Shown one piece after another: positions 30,364-41,465 of a stretch of DNA of 64,000 bases. A program made the translations under genes and the position numbers. Below the pieces are notes generated by a model. That model searched no databases, was not told where the DNA came from, and was given only the letters and a program-made list of their open reading frames with translations. Position 1 is the first letter of the stretch. Each line of letters opens with the position of its first letter. The stretch is taken from contig JAOAIH010000008.1 in assembly GCA_026414805.1 (NCBI GenBank), positions 1-64,000 of the forward strand, in the 5' to 3' direction. The stretch comes from Spirochaetota bacterium. GTDB taxonomy: Bacteria; Spirochaetota; UBA4802; UB4802.

Positions 30364-31889
30364 TGGATATCAGAACATATAATTCTTTTGATTTATACAC
30401 ATTGTTAAATGACACTGATGTCACCATTATAAAGGGTGATGAGGATATACGTATCAGTGCCATTGAATATGACTCACGAAAAGTTGAGAAAGAAAGCCTG
30501 TTTGTTGCCATTGAAGGTATGGAAACGGATGGTCATAAATTCATTAAGGATGCAGTTGAAAATAAAGCATCATGTATCGTATTACATGAAAATCGCCTTG
30601 ATGAGTTTAGCTTTTTGCTTGAACAAAAAGAACTTGCTGTAGCAACTGCAAAAGATACCCGTAGAGCCTTATCGCAAATTTCGGCAAAGTTTTACGGAGA
30701 ACCATCGCTGAAAGCAGTTGTTATTGGCGTTACAGGTACCAACGGCAAAACTACCACTACCTATATGCTGGAGTCAATTCTCTCCAGTGCAGGGTTTACA
30801 TGTGGCGTCATAGGTACCATTAACTATCGCTGGAAAGACAAAATTATCAATGCTTCGCATACAACACCTGAATCAAAAGATTTACAGGATATCATGGCAA
30901 CAATGGTTTTAGATGGTGTGGATTGCATAATAATGGAAGTCTCTTCCCATGCGCTATCGCTTTTGCGTGTAGATGATATCCATTTTGATTGCTGTATATT
31001 TACCAATCTTACGCGAGACCATCTGGATTATCATATTACGTTGCACGATTACTTTATGGCAAAGGTTCGTTTATTTGATATTTTGAATAAAAGCCTCAAG
31101 CAGAAAAAAGCAGCATTTATTAATGCTGATGATAATTATGGCAAACAGATATTACAATGGCGCCAGCGCTATGGCTATCCGCTTTTTTCGTTTGGAGTAA
31201 GCAGTAATGCTGATTATCACTGTAGTGAATCCTCAATACAGATATCCATAAAGGGCACTCAGTTTTCTACTGATATGCCATTTGCCAAACAATTCACCAT
31301 GCGCCTGGCTGGCAGATTCAATGTATATAATGCTCTGGGAGCTATAGGAGTGGCAGATTTTTTAAATGTACCTTTAGGAAAGATAGTGACAGGCCTGTCA
31401 GTCCTTTCAAATGTTCCCGGCAGATTTGACACATTGCTGTCGCCTGAAGGTTTTGCAGTGGTTGTGGATTATGCCCATACCAATGACGCACTTGAAAAAT
31501 TGTTGCTTTCAGTACGTTCGTTAAAACCTGAGCGTATAATAACTGTATTTGGGTGCGGTGGTAACCGGGATAAAACAAAGCGCCCACTGATGGGCAAGGT
31601 AAGTGAGGACTATTCGGACTGGGTGATTGTTACCAGTGATAATCCCAGAAAAGAAAACCCTGAGGCAATCATACGTGATATTACCGCAGGGATGAAGTCA
31701 AACCGCTATCAGATAATTGTGAACAGGGAGGAGGCAATCAAACAGGCAATATATATGGCATCAAAAGATGATATTGTGGTCATTGCTGGCAAAGGTCATG
31801 AAGATTATCAGATCATTGGTACCAAGAAGTATCACTTTGATGATAAAGAAATTGCCCGCAAATACATTCATGAGAGGCTTGCACAGTGA
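30363..31889 (+). CDS. murE: UDP-N-acetylmuramoyl-L-alanyl-D-glutamate--2,6-diaminopimelate ligase
   Basis: Mur ligase motifs GVTGTNGKTTTT, the DNPR motif and the KGHEDYQ C-terminal domain. Confidence 0.9.
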   Translation: MDIRTYNSFDLYTLLNDTDVTIIKGDEDIRISAIEYDSRKVEKESLFVAIEGMETDGHKFIKDAVENKASCIVLHENRLDEFSFLLEQKELAVATAKDTRRALSQISAKFYGEPSLKAVVIGVTGTNGKTTTTYMLESILSSAGFTCGVIGTINYRWKDKIINASHTTPESKDLQDIMATMVLDGVDCIIMEVSSHALSLLRVDDIHFDCCIFTNLTRDHLDYHITLHDYFMAKVRLFDILNKSLKQKKAAFINADDNYGKQILQWRQRYGYPLFSFGVSSNADYHCSESSIQISIKGTQFSTDMPFAKQFTMRLAGRFNVYNALGAIGVADFLNVPLGKIVTGLSVLSNVPGRFDTLLSPEGFAVVVDYAHTNDALEKLLLSVRSLKPERIITVFGCGGNRDKTKRPLMGKVSEDYSDWVIVTSDNPRKENPEAIIRDITAGMKSNRYQIIVNREEAIKQAIYMASKDDIVVIAGKGHEDYQIIGTKKYHFDDKEIARKYIHERLAQ

Positions 31890-33262
31890 TTGTACGGTTT
31901 GAAACAACTTCACAGACCATTGCAGAGGCCATACATGCAGTGCATCATGGCAGTGACAAGCCTGTGCAGTATATTACCACCGATTCGCGCCTTGTAGATG
32001 ACAATAGCCTGTTTGTGCCAATAGTAGGTCACAAATTTGATGGCCATGAGTTTATTGATGATGTGTGTAAAACTGGCAGATGTTCTGCATATCTTACACA
32101 TAGGGCAGATATAGTAGAAAAGGCCACACAGTATAATGTAAGCGCAATCTATTGCAACGATACATTGCAGGCGTATGCAGCAATAGCTAGGTGGCACCGC
32201 AAAAAATTTAATATACCAGTAATAGGTATTACCGGTACCAACGGCAAAACAACCACAAAAGAAATGATTGCCCATGTACTAGCCGCTCATGGTAATTGCC
32301 TTAAGACCCAAAAGAATTATAACAATGAAATTGGTGTGCCATTTACAATTTTACATTTAGATACTACGCACATGCATGCAGTCATTGAAATGGGGATGAA
32401 TCACTCTGGTGAGATATCACGTCTTTCACATATAGCAATGCCCACAATAGCTGTAATTACCAATATTGGCGAGGGGCATCTGGAGTTTTTAGGTTCAACC
32501 GAAAATGTGGCTCATGCAAAATCAGAGATTATGGATGGGATGTCACAGGGTAGTATATGCATCCTTAACAATGACACAAAGCACACTGATATTGTAAAGA
32601 AGAAAGCGCGTGATAAAAATATTAAAATTGTAACATATGGTCTTACAGGTGATGTGTGCCCATCATCGTACTCATTATTCTGTGACAGAACCACAGTGGA
32701 GTATGATGGAATTGAAATTACCGTTCCTGCGTATGGTTTGCACAATGTATATGCGGCGATAGCTACCATTGCTGTTGCCCGGGTAATGGGCATACCACTT
32801 GATTCAGTAAAGGAAGCATTGCACAGTTTCAAGCCAGTGACGATGCGAAGTGACATTAAGAAAGGCCGCTGCATCATCATCGATGATTGCTATAATGCAA
32901 ATCCACTGTCGATGGAGTATGCATTCAAAAGTGCTGCAATGGTATTTTCAGATAAAAGAAAGATTGCAGTGTTATCGGATATGAAAGAACTTGGGAGCCT
33001 TTCTAAGGATTTGCATTTTTCTGTTGGGACAAAATTACACGATCATGGCTTTGAGCGTCTATTTGTGTATGGGTCTGATGCACAGTATATTGCCCAAGGT
33101 GCAATTGCCGGTGGATTGAAAACTTCACAGGTGAGCGTGTTTAATACCAAAGAGGAACTGATTGCTTTTTTACTTACCTTTGTGAAGGAAGATGATGTGG
33201 TGCTTGTCAAAGGTTCCCGTTCAATGAAAATGGAAGAGGTAGTGAACGCATTAGAACAGTGA
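31886..33262 (+). CDS. murF: UDP-N-acetylmuramoyl-tripeptide--D-alanyl-D-alanine ligase
   Basis: GITGTNGKTTTKE P-loop and Mur ligase middle and C-terminal domains. Confidence 0.85.
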   Translation: MIVRFETTSQTIAEAIHAVHHGSDKPVQYITTDSRLVDDNSLFVPIVGHKFDGHEFIDDVCKTGRCSAYLTHRADIVEKATQYNVSAIYCNDTLQAYAAIARWHRKKFNIPVIGITGTNGKTTTKEMIAHVLAAHGNCLKTQKNYNNEIGVPFTILHLDTTHMHAVIEMGMNHSGEISRLSHIAMPTIAVITNIGEGHLEFLGSTENVAHAKSEIMDGMSQGSICILNNDTKHTDIVKKKARDKNIKIVTYGLTGDVCPSSYSLFCDRTTVEYDGIEITVPAYGLHNVYAAIATIAVARVMGIPLDSVKEALHSFKPVTMRSDIKKGRCIIIDDCYNANPLSMEYAFKSAAMVFSDKRKIAVLSDMKELGSLSKDLHFSVGTKLHDHGFERLFVYGSDAQYIAQGAIAGGLKTSQVSVFNTKEELIAFLLTFVKEDDVVLVKGSRSMKMEEVVNALEQ

Positions 33263-33263
33263 G

Positions 33264-34355
33264 GTGAATATGTTTTATCACTTTATTTTGCCTTTACAGG
33301 AATATCTGTCGTTTTTGCGATTGTTTCAATATATTACATTTCGTTCGGCGTATGCTGCATTGACGTCACTTTTGATAGTGTTGCTATTTGGCGGAGTGGT
33401 TATACGGTGGCTTACTCAGCTTCGCTTTAAAGAAGAAATCCGTACGCTGGGTCCACAGTCACATCACAAAAAGGCGGGAACTCCCACAATGGGTGGTGTA
33501 CTAATTCTTGGTGCAGTACTAATTTCAGTGCTATTGTGGGGTAATTTTAATAACCTGTATGTCATTTTGTTAATAGTTATCACAATTCTTTTGGGTGTTC
33601 TGGGATTTATAGATGATTATATCAAATCAATACTGAAGAAAAAAGACGGTATTCCTGCGCGAGTTAAATTTTTACTGCAGTGTGTAAGTGCGCTTGTTGT
33701 TGCACTGTGTATATATTTTTTCCCATCTAATGCAAAAGAAGCTACCACGCTGTATGTCCCCTTTATTAATAAAGCAGTAGTTGATATGTCGTGGGTGTGG
33801 ATAATATTTGCCATGCTTGTTATAGTGGGTAGCTCCAATGCTGTTAATCTGACTGATGGTCTTGATGGGCTTGCAATTGGAACTGTGACTATAGTTGTTG
33901 GTGTTCTTGCAGTGATGGCATATCTTACCGGACATCAACCCATTGCACAGTATTTGCGTATTCCCTATATTCCTCAGGCAGCTGAATTGACCGTATTTCT
34001 GGCTGCACTGGGTGGTGCAGGTCTTGGGTTTTTATGGTTTAACTCAAATCCCGCATCAGTGTTTATGGGTGATACCGGTTCGTTAGCGTTGGGTGGCATT
34101 ATTGGTACTGTGGCCATAATGATTAAAAAAGAAATATTCCTGGTTATAGTTGGGGGCATTTTTGTTATTGAAGCGCTATCGGTTATGATTCAGGTTGTCT
34201 GGTACAAATTAAGAAAAAAGCGTGTATTTAAAATGGCGCCCATTCACCACCATTTTGAGCTATCAGGGTGGCCTGAGCAAAAGGTGGTGGTGCGCATGTG
34301 GATCATTGGCATTATACTGGCAATATTGGGTTTGAGTTCACTGAAGATTTTGTAA
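33264..34355 (+). CDS. mraY: phospho-N-acetylmuramoyl-pentapeptide transferase
   Basis: MraY motifs PTMGG, NAVNLTDGLDGLA and the HHHFE region. 10 TM helices. Confidence 0.9.
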   Translation: MNMFYHFILPLQEYLSFLRLFQYITFRSAYAALTSLLIVLLFGGVVIRWLTQLRFKEEIRTLGPQSHHKKAGTPTMGGVLILGAVLISVLLWGNFNNLYVILLIVITILLGVLGFIDDYIKSILKKKDGIPARVKFLLQCVSALVVALCIYFFPSNAKEATTLYVPFINKAVVDMSWVWIIFAMLVIVGSSNAVNLTDGLDGLAIGTVTIVVGVLAVMAYLTGHQPIAQYLRIPYIPQAAELTVFLAALGGAGLGFLWFNSNPASVFMGDTGSLALGGIIGTVAIMIKKEIFLVIVGGIFVIEALSVMIQVVWYKLRKKRVFKMAPIHHHFELSGWPEQKVVVRMWIIGIILAILGLSSLKIL

Positions 34356-34428
34356 TTGTGTGGCGACAGCTCCTATGAGCTATCGCCCATTTATAAATGG
34401 TCTTAATTTTTGTTAAAGGATAGAAACA

Positions 34429-35808
34429 GTGGAGCAGAAAAAACATATACTTGTAGTTGGATTGGGGTACAGAACAGGACTTGCGTCAGCTAATTTTTTA
34501 TACAATAAAGGGTTTGCTGTTACAGTGTGTGATATAAAATCACGTGATGAGCTTATGCCCATTATACAAAAATTAAATCCCGGTATAACTGTGATAGCGG
34601 GCAATCAGGATAAAGCTATTCTTGATGCAGGATTTGACGAAATTGTTATAAGCCCTGGAGTTCCGCAGAGCATCCCATTAATTCAAGAAGCTAAAGCAAA
34701 AGGCATCCCGGTAATATCCGAAATTGAGCTGGCATACCGATATGGTAAATCGTATATCGTTGGCATCACTGGAACTGATGGTAAATCAACCACTACTATG
34801 CTCACTGCACACTGTTTGAAAGCAACTGGATTTGATGCACACCCTTGCGGCAACATTGGGATTCCCTACGTGTCAATAGTTGATGAATTAGCACAGGGTT
34901 CTGTTGCTGTGATTGAGCTTTCATCGTTCCAGCTTGAAACTATTCATACTTTTAAACCTGATGTTGCAATCTTCACTAACCTAACACCTGATCATCTTGA
35001 CCGCTATGATTCACTTGAGGATTATTTCAATGCAAAGATGAACATTTCAAAAAATCAGGGGAGCAGCGATTATTTTATTGTAAACAGTGACGATGAATTT
35101 GTAATTACCCATCTGCCCCCATTGCAAGCAACTCAATATTCATTTTCGCTTCAAAAAGAGGCTGAGTGCTATTATAGGGATGGTGCAATTTATTGCACGC
35201 TGAATGGCAAACATCAATTGATAGCAAAAGCCGAAAAATTTAAAATATTGGGATTGCACAATGTTCAGAATGCAATGGCAGCAATACTGGCAACGCTTTC
35301 CATTGCAAAAAAGGCAAATAAAGAAATTAACCTTACTCAGCTTGAACAAGCGCTGTATAGTTTTGAGGGATTACCGCATAGAGTTCAAATGGTAGGAGTT
35401 TTTCAGGGCAGGTCATTTATAAATGATTCAAAGGCAACAACTGTGGGTGCCGTTATCATGGCGTTGAAGAGCATTCCGGCAAATGTGATTCTTATACTTG
35501 GAGGAAGAGCAAAAGGGGATGATTATTCAAGGCTTAAAAACTTTTTTAAGGGGAAAGTCAAAGCTTTAATACTTATTGGTGAAACCAAAGATGAGTTTGC
35601 AAAACTTTTTTATGATATACCGCATATCAAAGCGCATACCATGGAAGATGCAGTAATCAAGGCTATGGGGGTGAGCACACAGGGTGATACAATTCTGCTT
35701 TCACCGGCTTGTGCTTCATTTGACATGTATAAAAATTATGAAGAACGGGGGAATGATTTTATTGATATTTTCAGAAGGCTTTCACGGGGGCAATTGCGGT
35801 GGATGTAA
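34429..35808 (+). CDS. murD: UDP-N-acetylmuramoylalanine--D-glutamate ligase
   Basis: GITGTDGKSTTT P-loop and MurD N-terminal Rossmann LVVGLGYRTG. Confidence 0.85.
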   Translation: MEQKKHILVVGLGYRTGLASANFLYNKGFAVTVCDIKSRDELMPIIQKLNPGITVIAGNQDKAILDAGFDEIVISPGVPQSIPLIQEAKAKGIPVISEIELAYRYGKSYIVGITGTDGKSTTTMLTAHCLKATGFDAHPCGNIGIPYVSIVDELAQGSVAVIELSSFQLETIHTFKPDVAIFTNLTPDHLDRYDSLEDYFNAKMNISKNQGSSDYFIVNSDDEFVITHLPPLQATQYSFSLQKEAECYYRDGAIYCTLNGKHQLIAKAEKFKILGLHNVQNAMAAILATLSIAKKANKEINLTQLEQALYSFEGLPHRVQMVGVFQGRSFINDSKATTVGAVIMALKSIPANVILILGGRAKGDDYSRLKNFFKGKVKALILIGETKDEFAKLFYDIPHIKAHTMEDAVIKAMGVSTQGDTILLSPACASFDMYKNYEERGNDFIDIFRRLSRGQLRWM

Positions 35809-36956
35809 AGGCAGTCATTGATACACGCAGGAAAGCCGAGCCAGAAATGGGGCTTTTCATAGTAGCGTTTATACTTATTGGTATTGGTATTGCAATGACT
35901 TACAGTGCAAGTGCTCTTTTTGCAGAGAGGACTTTTGGTGATTCTTTGTATTTTTTAAAGCGACAGTTACTTTGGAGCTGTATTGGTTTTATAGTAATGA
36001 TGGTTGTACAGCAGATTGATTACAGGATCTATCAGCGCTACACAAAGATAATGCTTATCTTTACCCTTGTTGCACTGGTGCTGGTGCTTATACCGGGGCT
36101 GGGTATTGCTGTTAAAGGCTCATCACGATGGTTGGGATATGGAATGTTAAGATTCCAGCCGTCAGAGCTGGTGAAATTATTCATAGTAATATATTTTGCA
36201 AAAGTTTTTTCGTATGAACATCAGAGGGATATCAATGTATTGCAACTTCTGTTGCCACTACTTATTGTTGGTATTTTCTTTTTATTGATTTTGCTTCAGC
36301 CAGATTTTGGCACTGCAATGGATGTTGCAATCATTTCGGTGGTGCTGTTGTTTGTTTCAGGGTTTCCACTTGTATATATGATTGGGCTTGCAGTATTAAG
36401 TGTGCCCATGTTTTACCTTTTGATTTACCAGGTTGAGTATAGGCGCCAGCGTATAATGGCATTTTTAGACCCATGGTCAGACCGCTTTGGCAAAGGGTAT
36501 CATATTATACAGTCTTTTATTGCATTTAAATTAGGTGGGTTTTTGGGCACTGGTCTTGGTTCGGGCACTCAGAAGATCAAGCGCCTGCCCGAGCCACATA
36601 CCGATTTTATTTTTGCAGTGATTGCTGAGGAAACAGGCCTTGTGGGTACATTCAGTGTGGTCATTCTCTATTTGTTGTTTTTTTATTTTGGAGTAAAGAT
36701 TGCATTGCGAGCACCGGATGAATATGGGAGACTACTTGCTATGGGATTAACGTTGCTTGTTACTGTACAGGCGTTCTTAAATATAAGCGTGGTGATTGGT
36801 GTATTACCTACCACTGGCATACCTTTACCGTTTATAAGTTATGGTGGCTCATCATTGCTGGTGACAATGATTGGTACAGGTATCCTGTTGAATATTTCAA
36901 AATACCGCGAGGTGGTTCCACAGGAGCTTAAACATAGCGGTGAGGTGTGGGTATGA
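35799..36956 (+). CDS. ftsW: SEDS-family cell division protein FtsW
   Basis: SEDS core with about 10 TM helices and the PEPHTDFIFAVIAEE motif. Confidence 0.85.
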   Translation: MDVKAVIDTRRKAEPEMGLFIVAFILIGIGIAMTYSASALFAERTFGDSLYFLKRQLLWSCIGFIVMMVVQQIDYRIYQRYTKIMLIFTLVALVLVLIPGLGIAVKGSSRWLGYGMLRFQPSELVKLFIVIYFAKVFSYEHQRDINVLQLLLPLLIVGIFFLLILLQPDFGTAMDVAIISVVLLFVSGFPLVYMIGLAVLSVPMFYLLIYQVEYRRQRIMAFLDPWSDRFGKGYHIIQSFIAFKLGGFLGTGLGSGTQKIKRLPEPHTDFIFAVIAEETGLVGTFSVVILYLLFFYFGVKIALRAPDEYGRLLAMGLTLLVTVQAFLNISVVIGVLPTTGIPLPFISYGGSSLLVTMIGTGILLNISKYREVVPQELKHSGEVWV

Positions 36957-38065
36957 AAAAGACGGTATTAATCAGTGGTGGAGGAACTGGTGGGCATATC
37001 ATGCCGGGCATTGCTCTGTATGAGGAATTTGCATCACAGGGATATACTCCTGTATTATTGGTGGGGAATGGAGATATAAAATTTTCCTCATTGAAAAGTA
37101 TAGAAAATGTGCAAACATATAATGCACCCACGATGTGGAAGAATATATTTAACCTTCCTGCATTTACTCTGCAATTTGTTTCCGCATTGCTCTGGACAAT
37201 GAGGTTTATAACAAAGAACAATGTTGCTGCAGTTATAGGAATGGGCGGGTATGTTTCAGCACCATCGCTGGTAGCAGCGCTTTTTAAAAAGATCCCGATA
37301 TATCTGTGTGAGCAAAATGTTGTTCCCGGGATGGTGACCAATATGTTTGCAAAAAAAGCACAGGCAATATTTACAACCTTTGAAGCTACTGCTGAATTTC
37401 TTGATATTGAAATTGCACATACAATAATTCATTCTGGCAATCCTATCCGAAAACATGTTGTGCAACAAGTAGAAAAGGAAGTAGCGTTGAAGCGTTTTAA
37501 TATGATGCACTGCAAAAAAGTTATATTGGTGATAGGCGGAAGCCAGGGTGCCTTAAAACTCAATGAGCTGATGTTTGATATGATAACACAGTATCCTGAA
37601 AATTTTGCTGATATAGGTATTATCTGGAGTACAGGCACATACTCATATGAACAATTTAAAGAAAAGCTGCAGAATGTAAAGCATCACGCTTCAATTTTTC
37701 TTGCGCCATATATTCTTGATGTTGAAAATTCGTATGCTGCGTGCGATATAGCCATAAGCAGAGCCGGTGCAGGCGTAATGATGGAGCTTGCAGCCTGGGG
37801 TATTCCATCAATTTTGATTCCCTATCCCTATGCTGCAAAAGACCATCAGAAGAAAAATGCTATGGAATTTGTAAAAGCAGGAGCGGCAGAGCTTGTGGAA
37901 AATGATGAAGCGACAGCTCAAAAAGTTGCTCCTTTGCTGTTTGATTTATTGGATAATGAAACATTGCTTGCAAAGATGGCTGCAAAGGCAAAATCTCTTG
38001 CAAGGGTTAATGCTGCCCGGGAGATAGTAAACTATATTATTAAAGATAGCGATTTGAAAAAATAG
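36947..38065 (+). CDS. murG: UDP-N-acetylglucosamine--N-acetylmuramyl-(pentapeptide) pyrophosphoryl-undecaprenol GlcNAc transferase
   Basis: GGTGGHIMPG N-terminal motif and a GT-B C-domain. Confidence 0.85.
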   Translation: MGMKKTVLISGGGTGGHIMPGIALYEEFASQGYTPVLLVGNGDIKFSSLKSIENVQTYNAPTMWKNIFNLPAFTLQFVSALLWTMRFITKNNVAAVIGMGGYVSAPSLVAALFKKIPIYLCEQNVVPGMVTNMFAKKAQAIFTTFEATAEFLDIEIAHTIIHSGNPIRKHVVQQVEKEVALKRFNMMHCKKVILVIGGSQGALKLNELMFDMITQYPENFADIGIIWSTGTYSYEQFKEKLQNVKHHASIFLAPYILDVENSYAACDIAISRAGAGVMMELAAWGIPSILIPYPYAAKDHQKKNAMEFVKAGAAELVENDEATAQKVAPLLFDLLDNETLLAKMAAKAKSLARVNAAREIVNYIIKDSDLKK

Positions 38066-38076
38066 GAGCAGGGGAA

Positions 38077-39459
38077 GTGTTTAGAAAATCTAAAAAGCTA
38101 CATTTTATTGGAATTGGCGGAATAGGAATGTCCGGTATTGCCGAGATATTAATTAATCTGGGATATGAAGTTTCAGGTTCTGATCTGCGGGAATCGGAAC
38201 AGACCAAACGATTGCAAAAATTAGGAGCAACAATATATATTGGTCATTACCCTTCAAATATTAAGGATTACCACGTTGTTGTTACGTCTAGTGCAATTAA
38301 TAAAAACAATCCTGAGCTTATAGAAGCAAGGAACCGTAAAATACCTATTATCCATCGCTCAGAAATGCTTGCTGAACTAGTACGTTTGAAACATGGTATT
38401 GGTGTAGCCGGTACACATGGCAAAACTACAACATCATCCATGCTTGCGTATGTACTGTATCATGGAGGTCTTAATCCAACCGCTGTTGTGGGTGGAAAGG
38501 TCCTTAACTTTGGAAGCAATGCACGAGTAGGTCAGGGAGAATACATAGTGTTTGAAGCAGATGAATCAGATGGTTCGTTCCTTAAGCTGTTGCCAACTAT
38601 AGGTGTGGTTACCAATATTGATGCCGATCATCTTGATTACTATAAATATTTTGAAGGCATTAAAGAAGCGTTTATCACCTATATGAACAATATACCTTTT
38701 TATGGCTATTCGGTGGTATGTATTGATGATCCGGTTGTTTATGAACTTTTGCCACGAATTGAAAGGCCTTTTGTAACTTATGGATTTCATGCAAAAGCAG
38801 ATTTCAGAGCAAGCGACATTCAGTTGTTAAATGGTTCTACACAATATAGTTGTTATTTTAAAGAGGATAAATTGGGGACTATAGTTCTTAATTTATTGGG
38901 CAAGCATAATATTATTAATTCACTGGCTGTTGTGGCAGTTGCCCTGGAATTGGGTTTATCATTTGAAGTGATTGCTGATGCTATCGCCGCATTTAAAGGT
39001 GTTGGTAGGCGCCTTGAAAAAATTGGTGAAGCAAATGGCATCCTTGTTGTGGATGACTATGGTCATCACCCAACAGAAATACGAGCAACGCTTCAAGCCA
39101 TAAAACAGTTGGGTAGGCGAGTTGTTGTTGTTTTTCAGCCGCATCGGTATTCTAGAACTCAGTATCTGTATGATGAGTTTGGGCAAGCTTTTACTATGGC
39201 TGATGAATTGTTGTTAACTGAAATTTATCCTGCAGGAGAGGAGCCAATAGATGGAGTAAGCAGCCAGTTAATACAGCAGGCAGTCAAAAAACATGAAGGC
39301 AGAGATGTAGCAATCATATCGCATCTAGATGAAGTGCCTGAATATGTATGCAGGGTAGCCAGAAAAGGAGATGTAATTTTAACATTGGGAGCAGGTGATA
39401 TTTATAAAGCTGCACCAAAAATCCTTTCTTCAATTGAAGGCAAGGGAGCAACTTCATGA
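38077..39459 (+). CDS. murC: UDP-N-acetylmuramate--L-alanine ligase
   Basis: IHFIGIGGIGMSG Rossmann motif and GVAGTHGKTTTSS P-loop. Confidence 0.9.
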   Translation: MFRKSKKLHFIGIGGIGMSGIAEILINLGYEVSGSDLRESEQTKRLQKLGATIYIGHYPSNIKDYHVVVTSSAINKNNPELIEARNRKIPIIHRSEMLAELVRLKHGIGVAGTHGKTTTSSMLAYVLYHGGLNPTAVVGGKVLNFGSNARVGQGEYIVFEADESDGSFLKLLPTIGVVTNIDADHLDYYKYFEGIKEAFITYMNNIPFYGYSVVCIDDPVVYELLPRIERPFVTYGFHAKADFRASDIQLLNGSTQYSCYFKEDKLGTIVLNLLGKHNIINSLAVVAVALELGLSFEVIADAIAAFKGVGRRLEKIGEANGILVVDDYGHHPTEIRATLQAIKQLGRRVVVVFQPHRYSRTQYLYDEFGQAFTMADELLLTEIYPAGEEPIDGVSSQLIQQAVKKHEGRDVAIISHLDEVPEYVCRVARKGDVILTLGAGDIYKAAPKILSSIEGKGATS

Positions 39460-40145
39460 GAAAGGCTTTTTACATAGTTGTCACGATTATTGTGCATGGA
39501 ATGTTTTTTAGTGAAAGCTATGCAGCAGTAGTTGAAGTATCGCGTGTAACTGTGCAGGGATTAAAATACGTGGGAAAACACGAAATTATACAGCATGGCA
39601 TATATGTTAAAGATGGGAAAATTTTTGTGGATGTAAATTCTTTACATGGTGCATTACAGAATAACATCATGATTGAATCATATTCTGTTAGTCTTGAAAA
39701 TAATGTGTGTACAATACGTATTAAAGAAAGGGACATCATTGCAGTGCTGTTAGTTGATAAGGGCAATTCACTTTTTGTAATTGAGGTAGATCACAATTTA
39801 AAGATACTATCAACAGGTAGAGTTTATGCCTATGACAGGCCGATAATAAAAATAAACCAGGCTGAGATTATTGACAATAAACTATCGCCACGAATTATTA
39901 ATATTCTTATGATTTTAAAGAAAATAATTAATAGCAATAGCGCTGTTGCAAGCAGGATCTCAGTGATCAATTGCATGAAACCTGAAGTTTCGTATGTACA
40001 GTTTCATGGTTTTACATCAAAATGTATATGGGATGAAACGTATAATGGACTTACATTGCTTGATGCTGTGATTGGGCTATATGATAGTAAGAGAGCTTAT
40101 CCTGAAAATGCCGTTGTGACACAAAAACGAATGGTGGTATGGTGA
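39456..40145 (+). CDS. ftsQ: FtsQ/DivIB-like cell division protein
   Basis: N-terminal TM helix with a POTRA-like region. Position between murC and ftsA. 229 aa. Confidence 0.55.
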   Translation: MRKAFYIVVTIIVHGMFFSESYAAVVEVSRVTVQGLKYVGKHEIIQHGIYVKDGKIFVDVNSLHGALQNNIMIESYSVSLENNVCTIRIKERDIIAVLLVDKGNSLFVIEVDHNLKILSTGRVYAYDRPIIKINQAEIIDNKLSPRIINILMILKKIINSNSAVASRISVINCMKPEVSYVQFHGFTSKCIWDETYNGLTLLDAVIGLYDSKRAYPENAVVTQKRMVVW

Positions 40146-40149
40146 CAAT

Positions 40150-41391
40150 ATGAAAGAAGATACCATATTGGATAACATCGTAGTTGGCCTTGATATTGGC
40201 ACAACAAAAACCTGTGCAGTCATTGGTTTTTTAAATGAAAATAAGCAGGTTGAGGTTGTGGGTGTTGGAGTTGCACCTTCAAAAGGTTTAAAGAATGGCA
40301 TAATTGTGAATATTGATAATACCGTATCATCAATTGTTAAAGCGATAGAAGATGCAGAACTCATGGCAGGCTGTGAAGTAAGCTCGGTGTTTGTTGGTGT
40401 TACTGGGCAGCATATAAAAGGGGAAAACTCAAGAGGTGTTGTGGCTGTTGCAAACAGAAGCAGAACAATAACACCATTGGAAATGAAACGGGTTATTGAG
40501 GCAGCACAGGCAATTGTTATTCCAATGGACAGGGAAATAATTCATGTGTTGTCAAAAGAATTTGCAGTTGATGACCAAACTGGAATTAAAGATCCAATTG
40601 GTATGAGCGGGGTGAGGCTTGAAGCGGAGGTACATATAATTACCGCTTCAACTACCAGCATACAAAATCTGGTTAAATCAATTAATAAGGCTGGGTTCAC
40701 TTGCAATGATATTGTATTTTCGCCGCTTGCTTCTGCAGAGGCTACATTAAGCCGTGATGAAAAGGACCTTGGTGTGGCACTTGTGGATATTGGTGGGGGC
40801 ACAACAGATATTATTATCTTTATTGAGGGAGGAGTAGCATATTCTGCAGTGTTGGGCATTGGTGGCATTCATGTGACCAACGATATATCCATAGGCTTGA
40901 GGACGCCAATAGATTCTGCAGAAGTAATTAAAAAGAAATATGGTTGTGCAGTGGTTGATTTGGTTGATGCTTCGGAAACCATTGAGGTACCATCAGTTGG
41001 AGGAAGGGCTCCACGGCGGTTGTTTAGGCATGAGCTTGCACAGATTATTGAACCGCGTATGATTGAAATAATGGAGATGATTGATAATGAGCTAGTAAAA
41101 AGCGGCAAAAAGGAAATACTGGCGGCAGGGGTGGTGCTGACGGGTGGTGGCAGTATGATTGAAGGAACGGTGGAAGCAGCTGAAAGGGTATTTGGCATGC
41201 CAGTACGAATAGGTGTTCCTGAAAATATAGCAGGGTTGAAGGACGTTGTGTCAACCCCTGTATATTCAAATGGTGTTGGCCTTTTAAAATATGGAACTAA
41301 GATGAGCCAGGTAAGGCAAACAAGAAAGACCAAAAGTGCATTTACCAGTTTCAAGGATAAGTTAAAGCAGATTTTTAATGATTATTTATAA
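40150..41391 (+). CDS. ftsA: cell division protein FtsA
   Basis: Actin-fold motifs VGLDIGTTKTCAVIG and VDIGGGTTD. Confidence 0.9.
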   Translation: MKEDTILDNIVVGLDIGTTKTCAVIGFLNENKQVEVVGVGVAPSKGLKNGIIVNIDNTVSSIVKAIEDAELMAGCEVSSVFVGVTGQHIKGENSRGVVAVANRSRTITPLEMKRVIEAAQAIVIPMDREIIHVLSKEFAVDDQTGIKDPIGMSGVRLEAEVHIITASTTSIQNLVKSINKAGFTCNDIVFSPLASAEATLSRDEKDLGVALVDIGGGTTDIIIFIEGGVAYSAVLGIGGIHVTNDISIGLRTPIDSAEVIKKKYGCAVVDLVDASETIEVPSVGGRAPRRLFRHELAQIIEPRMIEIMEMIDNELVKSGKKEILAAGVVLTGGGSMIEGTVEAAERVFGMPVRIGVPENIAGLKDVVSTPVYSNGVGLLKYGTKMSQVRQTRKTKSAFTSFKDKLKQIFNDYL

Positions 41392-41465
41392 TAATAGGTA
41401 TTGGAGCGTAAATTTTTATTAATTTTTTTAAAAAATAATGCGACATAATAAAAAAGGAGGAAATA

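Noticed and set aside
34375-34416. Tiny ORF ATGAGCTATCGCCCATTTATAAATGG (MSYRPFINGLNFC) as a leader peptide
   Set aside because: The ATG belongs to the genome-wide ATGAGCTATCGCC word, which occurs in many non-start contexts. There is no RBS, so it is a coincidental ORF.
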